NCBI RefSeq assembly: GCF_035594765.1
Contig: NC_085843.1
Location: 243,947,971-244,011,970, forward strand
DNA length: 64,000 bases
Direction of reading: 5' to 3'
DNA from: Anolis carolinensis
Lineage: Eukaryota
The notes under the pieces were generated by a model. It did not search any database, was not told where the DNA came from, and worked only from the letters and a program-made list of their open reading frames with translations. The position numbers were made by a program, and so were the translations under genes. Positions 62,891-64,000 of this stretch are shown here, piece after piece. Each line of letters starts with the position of its first letter. Position 1 is the stretch's first letter.

Positions 62891-64000
62891 CCCTTCAGAG
62901 ATTGGCACACGCCCTACTTTCTTTTCACAAACAAGTAAAAACTTTTATTCTATGACAGATGTTTGATGAAGGACTATATAAGGCTCGTAACTATGCACTG
63001 GATGTTGCCAATAGTTGTTCTGGAATTTTTAAGCTTTTAATAATGTATGTTTCAACTTATGTTTTATTTCTTTTTATTATTTACTCATGCATGGAATAAT
63101 CAGAATTTTGATTTGTGTGATAAACTGCCACACATAGAAAAAGTCACCATGCACATGAGAGGAACAAAGAAACAGTAACAGAAGGGACAGACCAAAGAAT
63201 AAAGAATGTGTGGATCTATCTATCTAGCTTTATTCAGGTGTTCTGTAAGTTAGTTAGAGCAGGGCTGTAGCCAAGGGGGTGGGGTTAGGGGTTCAACTTC
63301 CCTAATTTTTTTTAGTTTTTTTTAAAAAAAAACCCAGTTTACTTAGAGCAATATCCAAGGTACTCAACTGGTATGTATCTGCTATCAGTCATAACATAAA
63401 TGTCGTAGAATAGAAGGCTCATGTGTAGGAAGTACAACTCTGAAAATGAGACCATCTTCAACCCATGCTGGCCCTTTGTGTGACCCAAAGGCAAGATTCC
63501 TGATAACTTGGAGAGCTTTATTGAATGGGAAAGCCTTTATCTTCAGAGTATTACAAATTGACAGCAATGACATACAAAGCTGGGCGATCATACCATGTTC
63601 CTTCTGTTCCATTTTAAGTGCATTAGATGTCAGAATGTCTGAATAGGGCATCTATCATTTTTAATATCTGTTTATTGCATCATGTACAGCCAGAACAGAA
63701 CAGGAAATTCTTGTGGATATGTAATGACTGGTGAAAGCTTTTCATCAATGCATAAACAGAACAATTTTAGCAAATCTGTTCCTTTGGTTTTATTTAGCAG
63801 CTGCAGAGACAATTTGTTTTTCAACATATCCTGTGTTACATTTTGAAGGCTATATACACACCTTGAAAAAATATTTTAGAATGATTTTTAAAAGTTCTAC
63901 TTGTTACATTTTTTTTAAAAAAAAACCACTATTCCATTTTACTGATTAAAAATGCAAACTGAAAGGGACAAGGATGGGGAAAGAATTAAGTCAATTAATT

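Noticed and set aside
63385-63651. 88-aa minus-strand ORF overlapped by a 66-aa plus-strand ORF
   Set aside because: No recognisable domain or exon boundaries; the length is within chance range

Overview
Vertebrate non-coding DNA. The repeat repertoire (Sauria SINE, 5S-derived SINE, CR1 with (ATTCTATG)n tails, L2, R4/Dong, hAT/Tc1/Harbinger MITEs, Helitron, solo LTRs) points to a squamate, most likely an anole lizard (inference). I found no host protein-coding exon, so the window reads as a large intron or gene desert; the listed ORFs are repeat-derived or chance. One 136-N assembly gap lies at 10325-10460. Highlights: (1) three divergent TG...CA solo LTRs with 5-bp TSDs each carry an acidic ORF in the same phase from LTR nucleotide 2, ending in an R-S-x-R-[LI]-x-x-K-type basic motif; (2) a complete 4.7-kb non-autonomous hAT-type element (8-bp TSD) carries about 21 near-identical 154-bp tandem monomers; (3) a four-layer nested TE cluster at 43.2-46.4 kb; (4) a full-length non-autonomous Helitron with captured sequence and a CR1 insertion whose 5' junction carries an exact 65-bp copy of DNA 1.26 kb away; (5) a tail-to-tail inverted SINE pair. 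Family names come from recalled consensus features, not a database search.
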